Assembly: GCF_006345805.1 (NCBI RefSeq)
Contig: NC_043003.1
Location: 53,320,001 to 53,384,000 of the forward strand
From: Octopus sinensis
Taxonomy: Eukaryota
Reading direction: 5' to 3'
DNA length: 64,000 nucleotides
This document shows, in pieces, positions 25,721-40,628 of the stretch (positions within the stretch are counted from its first letter, which is position 1; each line of letters begins with the position of its first letter). The translations under genes were made by a program, and so were the position numbers. The notes beneath the pieces are model-generated. The model worked only from the letters and a program-made list of their open reading frames with translations, searched no databases and was not told the origin of the DNA.

Positions 25721-25970
25721 ATATATAAGTAGTTTTAGAGACAGAACCATCTTCAACTCAATCAAGACTGAAAGATTTTATACCCGACCACTCCATAAAA
25801 TGTTAAATATCAAATCTTATACTAACTATATCTATTATGAATCCCATATTCAGAATAGATATAGTTATAAGATTTAATATTTAACATTTTATTGAGTGGT
25901 CGGGTATAAAATCTTTCAGTGTTGATTGAGTTGAAGATGGTTCTGTCTCTAAAACTACTTTTATATATAT
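25721..25970. repeat. Near-perfect inverted repeat (~115 bp arms) between TA runs
   Basis: AAGTAGTTTTAGAGACAGAACCATCTTCAACTCAATCAA... mirrors ...TTGATTGAGTTGAAGATGGTTCTGTCTCTAAAACTACTT. Confidence 0.9.
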
Positions 25971-26079
25971 ACAAGTTAAACATTAAGAGATGTTCATTTT
26001 GGTACATCTAATTTGAATGTCTTTTTCCTGTATATTCGGAAGTAATATTCCCTAGTAATTATAATAATAGTAATAATAT

Positions 26080-26376
<297 letters not shown>

Positions 26377-26807
26377 ATGAATTGGCTGCAATATTTCATA
26401 AAAATATATGTAACTATTGATGTGTTCATTTTCAAAGGAATCGGGAGAAATGGTATTTTTCCGGGAAATAGGTGGAAGCTGGTGAAGAAAGAGCAACAAG
26501 TGATGGAAAGTTTGCCTTAAATTTTGGCTGACCCATTTAACCATGAAAAAGCACATATTGGGAAGATGATGGTGGTGGTGGTGGTTTACACTATTTAAGC
26601 TACCCACATAACAAATCAATGTACACAATATGAATATCATATGTAATGAACAGAGTCTGCAACATGACAACAGTATTTTTATCCAGTTGGACACTTTCAT
26701 CATGTTTTGATAATTGCTTTTTTGTCAAAGTTCTTATATTTATAAATAACCATTATGCTCTCTCTCACTATCTCTCTCTCTCTCTATATATATATATATC
26801 TGTTCTA

Positions 26808-26839
<32 letters not shown>

Positions 26840-27124
26840 AAGATGCATATATAGATATATCACTGATATCATAAGAATTTTTAAATTACAAAGGAACATA
26901 AAATAATGTTGCCTTCAACATTTTGTATCAAAAGGTTTTTACTCAATATTTACTTGCTATTATTTATAGCTTTATCTGCTTCATATATCATCATTCCCCC
27001 AAAAAATATATATACATATATATATAGTGTTAATCCAAACATGAAAGCACAAAAATAATACAACACGAGGATGTGGAACAAATATAGTATTATTGGACGC
27101 TCAGGAAAGAAGGAAAGAAGGAGG

Positions 27125-27159
27125 GTTTAACGTTTCGAGCAGAGCTCTTCGTCAGAAAC
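27125..27159 (-). ncRNA. Minimal type I hammerhead ribozyme motif within a Penelope-type terminal fragment (27027-27230)
   Basis: GUUU-CUGACGA-A-GAGC UCU GCUC-GAAAC-GUU-AAAC: canonical core, paired stems I and II, palindromic ACGU stem III. Confidence 0.75.
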
Positions 27160-27304
27160 ATAGGAGAAGGAAAAATCCAGAGAAGGGAAGACAGAGGAAA
27201 AAAATCGCCAACAGTACACACATGGTCACAAGTGTGTGTGTGTGTGTGTGTGTGTTTGCATGTATCTTCTTTTCGCTGTATATATATATATATATATACA
27301 TATG

Positions 27305-28975
27305 TCTTAGGTCCTCCTGTGCTGTGGTGTATTGGGCAACAAGTCTTCTCCAATGTGGTCAGTTGGCCTCAGTGATTTCAATGGTTTTGAGGTCATCGAT
27401 GAAGGTGCGGTACCAAGTCACTTTCGATCGCTCGTTTTCTCTTGCCATGTGGTCGCTTCTCTAGAATGGCGATTTTCACATGCCATGATGATAGTAATCA
27501 GAGGACATGGCCTGCAAATCACAAGCAGCGCTCAGTGACATCATGGAGTGGATGGGTATCAGTTTGGTGAGATATCTCATCGTTCATGATGTGGTCCTGG
27601 TATGATATTCACAGTATTTGCCGGAGGCATCTTGGTTGAAATACATTGAGCCTTCATGTGATCTTTGCCAATGTCTTCCTTGTTTCCGCCACATATATTG
27701 CTGATGGTATGACGATGCTCTTGGAGAGATGCACTTTGGTCTTGCTGGAGATCGCCCTGCATGTCCAGATGGGTCTGAGTCCTTAAAAGACAGCTGAGGC
27801 CTTTCCAATCCAGCAGGCAAGGACGCATTTGGGGTCACCATCATTGGCAACAATGCTGCCCAAATAGGTCAACTCATCAACTTCCTTGATTTGATGTTGT
27901 CCAATCTTCAAGGGGATGTCATTGTTGTTCCCACCGACATATCCAATCTTCAGGCTCTTCGTCTTGTTTGCACTTATGTGGAGTCCAATCTTTGCCACCT
28001 CTTGTTCCAATCTCTCTGTCATTGTGCAAATGACATTCTTCATCGCTTTGAGAAGTGCGATGTCATTGGTCAAGTCGAGGTCAGTCAGACAACGGAATCC
28101 CAAATCCACGTTGGCACATCACCCCACACATGATGAGGTCGATCACCATAAGAAATAGGAGAAGGGATATAATGGACCCTCGCTGTACACTGGTCTCAAT
28201 CACAAAGTAGTTGGTGTAGCCCATCTCCATTCAAACATAGCATCTGGACTCACGGTAAAGGCTGCAAAAGGCATCAATGAAACATTCAGGAATGCCAAAG
28301 TCATGAGCAATGTACCACAAATTCTGGTGTACGCTGTCAAATGCCTTCACAAAATCAATGAAAACGATTGATTGCCGTGCTGATATTCCAGGCTTTGTTC
28401 AATAATGTTGCACAATGTGAAGATTTGTTCATTGCATGACCATCCACATCAAAAACAAGCTTGTTCTTCTCAGAGCCTCTCATCCACCACCCATTGCAGC
28501 CATCTTAAGAGGACGATGCTGAAGACCTTTCTGGGGACAGATAGAAGTATAATCCCTCTCCAATTATTGCAATCGGTGAGGTTTCCTTTCTTTGCTGAGC
28601 TTGACGATTACCCCCCACCCGTTTCCAATTCTCTGGGACCCTGACTATCATCCAGCATGCATTTAGGAGGGCCATAGATGCTCAACAACAGAATGACCAT
28701 GTTTCAGCAATTCTGCCATTACCATATCCAGTCCCGGCACCTTATTGTTCTTCAGGAGCCGTATCACCACTACTGTCTCGGCCATCATGATCTCACCTGT
28801 GTTTAGGTCATTGCCAGATGATTGTCAGGGATCAGTGGGTTAAAGGCAAAGAGGTCCACAGGCGCTGGCTGATTGAGCATCTCCTTAAAGTGTTCAACCC
28901 ATCTTCTCACTTGATCTTCGACCGTCAGAAACACCTTCCTATTCTTGTCCTTGATGGGCACCCCTTGTCCACTTC
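27305..28975 (-). mobile_element. RTE-clade LINE RT region, decayed
   Basis: RRWVEHFKEMLNQPAP, KKGNLTDCNNWRGIILLS, LREEQACF, FIDFVKAFDSV, LTDLDLTNDIALL (degenerate YADD) and LTYLGSIV, with many stops and frameshifts. Confidence 0.9.
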
Positions 28976-29649
28976 TCATGTGGTTCGTAAGCAAGCTACT
29001 TACCATGTGCCTCAGAGGGTAACTTTCTAGGTGCAATCGCATGGTCATTCATGACCGAAGGTGGTCTCCTCCTCCTCATATGTATATATGTATATATATA
29101 TATAAAATATATATAAAACAATCTGTAAAAGCATTTATTAATTCGTTTTGCAAGTTTCCTCATGTAAAATCGTTTGTTGAAGCAGATATTGTTGTATCCT
29201 GGAATTGTCATTTTTTTTTTTTTTTGCCAAATAAACACACACACTATATATTTTTTTCTCCACTCGTTTATTACTATTCTTATCTTATTATTATAACTTA
29301 TGTCCATTGTCCAGAAATCTTTTGTCACACAGCTGTGACCTCTTCAGTGGCACGTTTCATTTTCATGTGTGGTCTTGCTCCACTTACTCCTTCCTGTTCA
29401 TCTAAGATATGTATCCTTATGTGCACATGTGTGTGTGTGTGCTTGTGTGTATCATAGTTTTTAGCTTAACAGTAAAAATATGCATGTTCTAAAATTTCAG
29501 AGGTTTTGTAAAGTTCAACATGTCAAACTCAGAATTTTTGTAGTCCAATTACCAGCAATGTTGCTTTTGTTTCTTTCACAGAAATTAATTCCTTCCTTGT
29601 AGGAAAAATTCAGATATTTCAAGTTATGCATAGTCATACAAAATATATT

Positions 29650-29875
29650 TTTTTCTTTTATTCTTTTAACTGTTTCAGTCATTTGACTGTGGCCATGCTG
29701 GAGCACCGCCTTGAAGGGTTTTAGTCAAAGAAATCAACTCCCAGGACTTATTCTTTGTAAGTCTAGTACTTGTTCTATCATTCTCTCTTGCCAAACCACT
29801 AAGTTATGGAAGCATAAACACACCAGCATCAGTTGTCAAGTGATGGCAGGGGGATAAACACAGACACACACACAC

Positions 29876-29919
<44 letters not shown>

Positions 29920-30080
29920 GCACGACAGGCTTCTTTTTCAGTTTCTGTCTACCACATCCACTCACTTTGTCATCCTTAGGCTATAGTAGGAGACACTTGC
30001 CCAAGGTGCCATGCAATGGGACTGAGCCTGGAACCATGTGGTTGGGAAGCAAGCTTCTTATCACACAACCATGCCTGTAC
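29650..30080 (-). mobile_element. SINE family B copy
   Basis: Full family B body with an internal CA/TA microsatellite. Confidence 0.8.
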
Positions 30081-30527
30081 CTATATATATATATATATAT
30101 CAAAAATTCCTTGTGTTATTTGTCCTGTACTCTATTTTTTTTGTTGTTTAAGAAAAATGTCCAGTTCCTCGGGTTTGTGTCTATATTTTCGCTTCTCATT
30201 GTGTTCGACATCTTTTTGGTGTCCTGTACTCATATATGCGTGTATATATACATGTAGAGGTAGGTACGTACATATATGTATATATATATATATGCATATG
30301 TTTTATTTATATATATATACATACAGACAGAGATAGAGAGGCACAATGGCCCAGTGGTTAGGGCAGTGGACTCACAGTCATAGGGTCATGGCTTTGATTC
30401 TCAGACTAGGCATTGTGAGTAGTTATAGGTGCCAGGTGCCATGCAGTGGAACTGAACCCGAAACCATGTACTTGAGAAGCAAGCTTCTGACTACACAGCC
30501 ACTCCTGTGCCTATGTGTGTGTGTGTG

Positions 30528-30566
<39 letters not shown>

Positions 30567-31054
30567 GAACACATTAATATATCTGCACACAAGCACACCC
30601 ACATACATTTATAATTAACATCATCATTGGCACCACCACTATCATCACAATTTATTCTAATGTTTGTTTGTTTGTTTTTTCCCATTTCATGACGGATTGG
30701 CTGAGTTTTCAATACAGTGTATCTTTTGTTATTTCTATGTTATCTAATCTATGAGACCAAACATTCTCAGATTCCACTCTATTTAAAACTTCCAAAATCT
30801 TCCTCGTTCCACACCTGCCTTGGATGAGAAATCTCTGATCTACATCTGCTCTTTCTTTTATATTACTTGACAATGCCTTTTCAAGTGAAAATTTGTTATC
30901 CATTCACATTACAGGGTCATATAAACATTGGAAACAATTGTCTCTCAACTACATACATCTCTTGACTACATATATTCTATATCATCTATTTGCACCCCAG
31001 TTTCAGGGGCCTTTTATCGTTTTATGTATTTCTTTGCTTCTAATAAATATTATT

Positions 31055-31256
31055 CTCTTTTACTTGTTTCAGTCATTTGACTGCAGCCAGGCTGGAGAAC
31101 TGCCTTTAGTCAAACAAATCAACCCCAGGACTTATTCTTTGTAAGCCTAGTACTTATTCCATCGATCTGTTTTGTCGAACTGCTAAGTTACAGTGACGTA
31201 AACACACCAGCATCAGTTGTCAAGGGATAGTGGGGGGTACAAACACAGACACAAAT

Positions 31257-31291
<35 letters not shown>

Positions 31292-31925
31292 CACATATGC
31301 GACAGGCTTCTTTCAGTTTCCATCTACCAAATCCACTCATAAGGCTTCGGTCGACCTAAGGCTATAGTAGAGGACACATGCCCAAGGTGCCATGTGGCTG
31401 GGAAGCAAGCTTCTTACCACACAGCCATACTGTGAATAATCTCTTGGTACTTTCATAATTGCAGGCAAGTTCAAGCATCCAATCATTAGCATTTTCTTGT
31501 TATCATAGTTATTAGGCATAGGAGTGGCTGCGTGGTAAGTAGCTTGCTTACCAACCACATGGTTCTGGTTTTGTGTCCCACTGTGTAGCACCTTGGGCAA
31601 GTTTCTTCTACTATAGCTTTGGGCTGACCAAAACCTTGTGAGTGGATTTGGTAGATGGAAACTGAAAGAAGCCTGTCGTATATATGTATGTATATATATG
31701 TATGTGTGTGTATATGTTTGTGTGTCTGTGTTTGTCCCCCCAACATCGCTTGACAACCGATGCTGGTGTGTTTACATACCCCAAAACTTAGCGGTTCGGC
31801 AAAAGAGACAGATAGAATAAGTACTAGGCTTACAAAGAATAAGTCCTGGGGTCAATTTGCTCGACTAAAAGGCAGTGCTCCAGCATGGCCACAGTCAAAT
31901 GATTGAAACAAGTAAAAGAGTAAAA
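31055..31925. mobile_element. Head-to-head inverted pair of SINE family B
   Basis: Minus copy 31055-31430 and plus copy 31513-31925. Confidence 0.85.
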
Positions 31926-31935
31926 GAGAGTATAG

Positions 31936-31967
<32 letters not shown>

Positions 31968-31969
<2 letters not shown>

Positions 31970-32655
31970 GGCAGTAAGCTAGTAGAATCGTTAGCATGTT
32001 CAGCAATATGCTTAGTAGCATTTCATCCATTTTTACATTCTGAGTTCAAATTCTGCCAAGGTCAGCTTTGCCTTTCATCCTTTTGGGGTCATTAAAATAA
32101 GTACCAGTTGAGTACTGGGGGTGGGGAGAGGGTCAATGTGGTTGACTTACCCCACTCACTCAAAATTGCTGGCCTTGTACCAAAATTTTATATTTTTATT
32201 ATTATAATTATTATCATTATTATTATCAAGGCAGCAAGCTAGCTGATCCATTAGCACACTGGATGAAATGTTTAGTGGCATTTCGTCCATCGCTCCTTTC
32301 TGATTCATATTCCAGTGAGGTCAACTTTGCCTTTCATCCTTTCAGGGTCGATAAAATAAGTACCTGCGAAACACTGGGGTTGATGTAATCGACTCATCCC
32401 CTCCCCCAAAATTGCTGCCCTTGTGGCAAAATTTGAAACCATTATTATTACTATTAAGGTGGTGAGCTGGCAGAATTGTTACCACGCCGGACAAAATACT
32501 TAACTGCATTTCATCCATCTTTACATTCTGGGTTCAAATACTGCCAAGTTCGACTTTACCTTTCATCCTTTCAAGATCAGTGAAACACTGGGGTTGATGA
32601 AATAAACTAGTCCCCTCCCCCAAAATTTCAGGCCTTGTGTCTTTATTAGAAAATA
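31968..32655 (+). mobile_element. Three tandem SINE family A copies separated by (TTA)n
   Basis: Heads at about 31968, 32228 and 32456, each with the GCCTTTCATCCTTT core. Confidence 0.8.
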
Positions 32656-34196
32656 TTATTATTGAGTGAGAGAGCAGTGCATTCCATCAAAGTGACACTG
32701 GGGTAAAATATACGGAGCCCAGTATACCCATCATGACTACCTGTCTGATAAGGGTACACTAGTCACATGCATCACAACCATATGTGGGCGACTATTATTA
32801 TTATTATTAACTCATGAGTTAGATTGTTTAGATCATGAGCCTGTTGGAAATTTTTGCTGGCAAACAACAATCTTAAATAATCAAAACCTTTGTTTTGATA
32901 ATTTGAGGAAAACTGAATAACTTGCTTACGGTTAAAATTTTATTTACTATTTAACATTTAACATAATTAAACAAATCGTTCTCAGTTTCAGCCAATTTTC
33001 TGCACTTACAGCTAATTAGACTCCTACACTTACAGCTAATTAGACTTCTACTTTTCATGCATATAGGTGCAGGCATGATTGTATAGTTAAGAAGCTTAAT
33101 TTGCAACCATGTAGTTTCAGGTTCAGTCCCACTTTGCTGCACCTGAGCTGACCTTTTGAATGAATTTGGTTAATGTAAACAGTGAGAAAGCCCATTGTTT
33201 GTGTGTGTATGTGTGTTTTTACCCCACCATTTGAGAACTGGAGTTGATTTGTTTGACTAAACTCTTCAAGCAGTGCCCCAGAATGGCCACACTCCAGTGA
33301 ATGAAACAAGTAAACGTTAAAAGTTAAGGACTTGCAAGAAGTGGCAAACAAGTCATATCCTACTGTAATGCAAAAGGGAAGGGCACATATGGACGTGTAT
33401 TCCCAGATATTCTTGAAAAGGCAGGATAGTCTTGGCTGGAATGTCTTTGATCCTCTCAATAAAAGCTGATCTGGGACTTAACAGTCACAACATCTGATTA
33501 GTTCAACAACTGACTTAAATAACAACTTATATTGGTACTTTCAACCTCTTAGCAAATATCTCTGGGGATCATACATATTCCTTTGTCTTATTCTTAATTA
33601 CTTTACTCCCTGTTTTCTATTTGATCTTCATAGCTGATCCTTCCTTTAGTTTCACTTAAGGTAACTCTTACAATTCTTCTATTATAGCCAAAGGTAAATG
33701 AAGTATATTATGACTGGCACATCTCCCAAATGACATACTGATTCATATTGAATTCAATCTCAACATTTGAAGCAGTTCATTCCCTCAATCTGGAAATATC
33801 TTCTGCATTCTTCACTTATCACAGTTTATTTAGTTTGGCTGGAACTTTGCTTGGTTAAGAAGTTTTCTTCCTGACTACACAGTTTCAAGTTCAGTCCTGC
33901 TGCATAGCACTTTAGGTGTCTTCTTTTATAGCCCTGGGCTGACCAAAGTCTTTTGAATGGATTTGGTAAATGGAAACTGAAAGAAACCCAACCACTTTAC
34001 AAGGTGTTGTGGGTGCTTTTTATGTAGGACCAGCTGCAATGGGAAACACCAAATAGTAATGAGGGGAAATTGTGAGTAATATAAGGGCAACATTTATTGA
34101 CATGTGTGAAACATGTAGATAACTGTTTCAAAGCCATTTCTTCTTTAAGACTTAAAATTCAAACTTAAATTACAAGATGTTTAAAATTCATATCTG

Positions 34197-34378
34197 GATG
34201 ACAACAAAAATGATGACAACAGCAATGATGATGACAACAACAACAATGACGACGACAATGATGACGAGGACAATAACGACAATGATGACAACAACGACGA
34301 TGACGACAATAACAACAATGATGACAACAACAATGACGACGACAATGATGACGACGACAACGATGACAACAACAACAG
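34197..34378. repeat. Mixed trinucleotide microsatellite (ACA/ACG/ATG)
   Basis: Direct read. Confidence 0.95.
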
Positions 34379-34379
34379 T

Positions 34380-35930
34380 AATTCATAATCTCATATCCTG
34401 TACAGCACCTGTTGATGAAATCTTTTAGGTTAAAAAACCAACAATAAATAAAGGTTAAAGTCCCATGGTGGGGACAAAATTTTGAGAACCAAATTGAACA
34501 TTTCCATAGAGACATTGGAAGAATGAATGCAACCATGGAAAAGATGGTGAGGGAACAAATTGCAAAGGCACTACATTTGACACAAAAGGATTACACATAA
34601 TTAAAGAAGACTTAAGGCAAAAATCAAAACAATGTCAAGTAAAACACACACACATATACCAATAGAGAACGAACTAGTACCAACAGAACTGGCTCTTCAA
34701 GAACAAGAGAAAATTCGACCAACAGCTGGAAAATGAAAACAAACATCATAGAAATGATAATCCAGATGCTGAATTTTGGTAAGAAATTTGGAGCAAAATC
34801 CACCATAATATAAAAGCAGACTGGATATGGAAATTTGGAAAAGAAATGGAAAATGGAGCAAAATAAGAAAATATAACTATCATTGATGTGAAAGAGATGA
34901 TATTTATATACTTTGCAATGGACAAAGGCTGAGCTACAGAAATTTGAGTAGAACAAAAAAGCTGCTCACAAAGCATGGAACACACCAACCTAAAAGTAAT
35001 ATCAACAAACTCAACCTACCAAAAAAAAAAAAAAAGGAAGGAGGCAGCAGACTGCTTCATTAGTACTGTGATATTGAGTTTGAAAGATTAATTATGTCGT
35101 ATATAGTAGTGAAGGAATACTATCAACAGCCACAGACATCCAGAAACTTACTGAAAAGAGTAGAATTCAAGTATAGAAAGAAGAACAACAGAGCAAGCAG
35201 ACATGGAATTATATAGCCAATTCAAGCAACAAACCAAGGATGTTGAAAATAAAGAATGCTTGTTATGGCTGATGGACAGAAACCTGGAACAAGAGACTGA
35301 AATGCTAATTATAGCCACTGAGATACAAGTCATTAAGACAGATTTAACAAAGACTAAGATCAACAAAACTCAGTTGGAGAGCAAATGCAGAATCTATGGG
35401 AAAGGAGATGAAAGTATCAATCATTTCTTGAGTGAATGCAGTAAGCTGCAACAATAAAGAATACAAGTGCAAACATAACTGAGAAGGTAAAAGAGTGCAG
35501 TTAGCTTAGAAATGACAGAAATGTGGTATGAACACTAACCAAAGGCTGTGATAGAAAAAATGACTTACAGGATTCTATGGGACTTCTCCATAAAGACCAA
35601 CCATACTATTGAATCAAGAAGACCAGATATGATTATAGAGAATAAAAATAAACAAACAGTGTAAGGTCATAGACTTGGTAATTCCTTATGATAACAAAGT
35701 TGATACAAAAGAAACTTTTAAAAAATCGAAATTCATCAGAATCTAACCAAAGAGCTGAAGTAACTGAGGTTCCTATGGTAATAAGTGCACTTTGCACAAC
35801 ACCCAAAATGCTACTTTAGAGACTGAATGGGGTTGAAATTGGAACTTACATTGTTCACCTGCAGAGAAGTACCATCTTATATTCTGCAAAAATCCTAAGG
35901 TTTCTTGGGATTTGGGGAGACTGGTCATCA
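34380..35930 (+). mobile_element. R4/Dong-like (RLE endonuclease) non-LTR retrotransposon remnant
   Basis: ETEMLIIATEIQVIKT, zinc knuckle CRIYGKGDESINHFLSECSKL, and RLE motif ILWDFSIKTNHTIESRRPDMII..VIDLVIPYD. Followed by a (TAA/TAT)n tail. Confidence 0.85.
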
Positions 35931-38900
35931 CACCTCAAGATAAAATTCCTGCTAATTAAATTAGCATGTAATAGCTTAATGAGAAGAAGAATAATTACTA
36001 CTACTATTATTAATATTATTATTATTGCAATTCTAATACATCAAAATTAAAAATACAAGGAAGAGGTATAATGTACTATAATGAGAGCAAGAAATACTCA
36101 AACAAAAGAGAGTGAAGAGAAATATCTTTTGCTTCTGTAATTGTTATGATGAGATGAGAGTAGATATTTGCTAAGGCAAGGTAACAGATGAAGAACAACC
36201 CACCTGTTGTAACCAAAGATCTGTGATATTTAATCACTAATGTATCAATCAATCTAACATTGTTCCCATTATGCAAACATTGGGAACAAAAATTATGTTT
36301 GTCTATTCAATAAAGAAAAATAATAACGTATGTGAATGATACAACACCCAACAACACTATAGCAGGATCAATTCAGCTTAATAGCCTATTCTCTTCTGAT
36401 GGCAGCGTAATTGGCAGCTTACTACTTATCCTGTTCAGTGAGCTAAACGATACTATAACTACAGCTAAAAGCCAACATGCTTTCAAATAAAAACCCATTA
36501 CTTTTAAATCCTGAATCTTTGAAAAACACAGCAACGATAAAAGAGTTTTTGACCTTTAATAGTAACACTAAAAGTGAGTTAATTGGGGCTCCTCTACAAC
36601 TAGTAGTTATTTATATTTGAAGTTAGTATTCTGGAAATAAAGGTTTAAATTAAGGCATTTATATCTGTTGAACTATTACAACAGTTTTAGACATTGTAGT
36701 TTTCCACAACCCCAACAATTCTTAAATACTTTTAACAATTCTATTTTTGTCCTAAAATTTTCAATGATTTCTAGTTCTAATCATTTTTTTTATGGTTGTT
36801 TCAGTCAATGGTTTGTGGCCATGCTGAAGCACTGAACTGAAGGGTCCTAGTCAAAGAAACCACCACCGGTACTTGTTCTTTTTTTAAGTCTAGTACTTAC
36901 TCTATCATTCTCTTTTGCTGAACTGCTAAGTTTTGTGAAGTTAAGCAAACCAACAGTAGATGGAGGTGATGGGTGACACATGCAGACAAACAAACACAAA
37001 CATACATATACATAATCCAAATAAAAAGACAAAGAATTTGCCATGTAAAACCACCCATGCTAGTACCACATAAAAGTACCTGTGTTGGTGCCACATAAAA
37101 AGCACCCAGTACACTTTGTAAAGTGGTCAGCATTAGGAAGGGCATCCAGCTGCAGAAATCATGCCAAAACAGACAAAATTGAACCCTGCTGGCCAGTTCC
37201 TGTCAAACTGTCCAGCTCATGCCAGCATGGATGTTAAATGAAGATATCAATGATGATAATGTTTAATTACCAGTTACAAATGCTCCAGTACCATTTCAAT
37301 TTTAATGCCATTACACACAAAATTTCACACATAATGTTGTGTAATATTTGTAACTTTGTACATTGGAGTTGCACTTCATTAGATGGGCATCGAAAGATGC
37401 ACTTCTTACACTGTGTCAGTGAAAGAGCATGCAATGGAATTAAAAACAAAATGGTACAGAAACAATTGTAAATGGTAATTAAAGGTGTGTTAAACTGTTT
37501 CTTTGTCTTCTTATTTGGAATATATAATACTGTCTGACTGCAAAGACCCAACAAATGAAGTGAGTTCATGGCTCACAGGATGGCCTGCTGTGCTTGAGGA
37601 GACCTATTGAGTCAAACATCAACATCAAAATAAAAATCAAATCGAAATTGTAGTTGTGATACCTGTGTCAGTGGCACATAAAAAGCACCATCCGAACGTG
37701 GCCGATACCAGCGCGGCCTTGACTGGCATCCATGCCGGTGGCACATAAAAAGCACCAACTGATTGTGGCCATTGCCAGCCTTATCTGGCCCCTGTGCCAG
37801 TGACACATAAAAAGCACCCACTATACTCACGGAGTGGTTGGCATTAGGAAGAGCATCCAGCTGTAGAAACACTGCCAGATCAGACTGGAGCCCGGTGCAG
37901 CCTCCAGGCTTCCCAGACCCCAGTCAAACAAGTAGTAAGATAGAAGTCTGAATTTTTTCACATGCACACATTAAAATTTCTGTCCTTGCTCTTTCCAAAT
38001 TCAAATGTAAATACTATAAAGTCCATTTTCCCCCATTTGATAAACCTTCTTTAAAATAAGCCTCAAGAAAAAACTCTGTACATCAAACCACAAGGTGAAA
38101 TATTATCACCTCCTCAAATCCAGAATGAAAAATAGACATTGTTATCATTAACTCCTGCCATTACAAATCCTCAGGCTAGCCAAAGCCTTGTGAGTGGATC
38201 TGGTGGACAGAAACTGAAAGAAGTCCTGTGTATGTATATGTATGTGTGTGTGTTCACTCTTGTCTATAAATCAAATGCTGGATGTAATCAAGAATCACCA
38301 TCACACATGTAAGATTGTTTATTTCCAGTCTTCTGTGAAAAACTTGTCTGGGTATGGAACTAGATGAGGGTTAGCAACAGGGATGGCATCCAGCCCTAAA
38401 AAATCTGCCTTAACAAATCCAGTTTGGCACATACAAGCATGGAAAAGTAGATGTTGAATTATGATGTTAATGAATGAAATCACCAAGAACTGATTCAATA
38501 ATCACCTGATTTCCTTTGGGAAATGTTCCAAGCATGTTGCAGTGAAACACCAATGAGATTTTTTTTGTTTTTAAAACTTTTTACCTTTTTGTGGTGCAAA
38601 AAATACAAAAGTAGTGTTGTTCTTATTGTCAACGAGTTAATTTGTCTCAAATTGTTAGTGTGTGCAAGTCTTTCCCGTTGACTAATGACATAGCTATGTG
38701 CAAGTCAACAAAAAAATAATTAAAACCATCAGATAAACAAATAACTGGAAATTACTTTTAATGTATCTTTGTTTATTATTTAGATTGGGCCAATTAGCTA
38801 ATTGAATTTCTGAGATAAATAAAAACAAAGTTAATTTAATCTGAGGCCTTTCCTAGAAAATTTCAGACACTTATTCAAGGAATCTAATCTGTTATTTGCT

Positions 38901-39269
38901 AGTCAATCCCAGGATATATTTTTAGATTTTAAAAAATGCTTAATTGAAATAACAAGGGTATAACTATGAAAGCAAATGTCAACATAAGAGCTGATTATCA
39001 CCATCATCATCATCATCATCTTAATTTCCACTTTTCCATGTTTATATGGATTAGATAGAATTTGTTGCGGGTAGGCTTTCAAGAACTGGAAGCCTTTTCT
39101 GCTGCCAGCCATCACCTGCTCCAAAACCAGTTATTGTTCACCTAATGGCCAGATATGTTTTCACAAAAGACTGGAAATAGATGACACTGCTTGTATGACA
39201 GTGGCACTCGTTTACAACTCGAGTGCAATAACAAGACAAGAGAATACAAATACATATTCTGTTATTCTT

Positions 39270-39833
39270 ATTCTTTCACTTGTTTCAGTCATTTGACTGT
39301 GTCCATGCTGTAGTACCACCTTCAGTCGAACAAATTGACCCTAGGATTTATTCTTTGTAAGCCTAGTACTTATTCTATCGATCTCTTTTGCCAAACTGCT
39401 AAGTTACAGGGACATAAACACACCTGCATCAGTTGTCAGGCAGTGATGGGGGAACAAACATAGACACACAAACATATACATATGACAGGCTTTTTTGAGT
39501 TTCTGTCTACCAAATCCACTCACAAGGCTTTGGTCAGCCTGAGGCTACAGTAGAAGACACTTGTCCAAAGTTGCATACAGTGGGACTGAACCCAGAAACA
39601 TGTGGTTGGGAAGCAAGCTTTTTATCACACAGTCATACCTGCCTGCGCACTTTATATATATATATATAATAGGTGCAGACATGGCTGTGTAGTAAGAAGC
39701 TTCCTTCCCAACCACATGGTTCTGAGTTCAGTCCTGCTGCGTGGTACCTTGAGCAAATGTCTTCTACTATAGCCTTGGGCCAACCAAAGAATTGTGAGTG
39801 ATTTGGTACATCGAAACTGAAAGAAGCCTGTTA

Positions 39834-39878
<45 letters not shown>

Positions 39879-40080
39879 CTGTTTGTCCCTACCACTATCG
39901 CTTCACAACCGATTTTGATGTGTTTATGTCTTTGTAACTTAGCAGTTCAGCAAAAGAGACCATTAGAATAAGCAACATGCTTGCAAAGAATAAGGTCAGT
40001 GGTCAATTTCTTTGAGTAAAAGTTGGTGCTCCAGCATGGCCTTAGTCAAATGACTGAAACAAGTAAAAGAATATAAGAAT
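39270..40080. mobile_element. Head-to-head inverted pair of SINE family B with a ~20 bp TA spacer
   Basis: Minus copy 39270-39650 and plus copy 39670-40080. Confidence 0.85.
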
Positions 40081-40382
40081 ACACACAAACACACACACAC
40101 ATACATACACATAAATAGTCATTGCTTCATCTTCACAAATGATTGGTGTCTCCTGCTTTCCTTGTTGCCAATGACATTTCTGACTCATTCACCATGATGT
40201 TTCAGATGACTAAGTTCTACTGTATATCTGCATGGTTTGAAGCATAGGTGACTGAGGATATTTGTAATTTACTGTATGCTTCCACCTTGGTAGGTCTGCA
40301 TATATTGCCACTTTTCCACTACTATAAGACATTCAGAAGATGGAATGAAAAATGAAGTCACCATAAAGAGACATCATTTATT

Positions 40383-40585
40383 CTTTTATTTGTTTCAGTC
40401 ATTTGACTGCAGCCATGCTGGAGCACCACCTTTAGTCAAGCAAATCGACCCCAGGACTTATCCTTTGTCAGCCTAGTACTTATTCTATCAGTCTCTTTTA
40501 ACGAACTGCTAAGTTACAAGGAGGTAAACACACCAACATCAGTTGTCAAGCGATGTTGGGGGGACAAACAGAGACACACAAACAC

Positions 40586-40628
<43 letters not shown>

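Noticed and set aside
34165-34536. Thr/Met-rich or Cys/His-rich ORFs resembling mucin or metallothionein
   Set aside because: Trinucleotide microsatellite with no splice or homology support.
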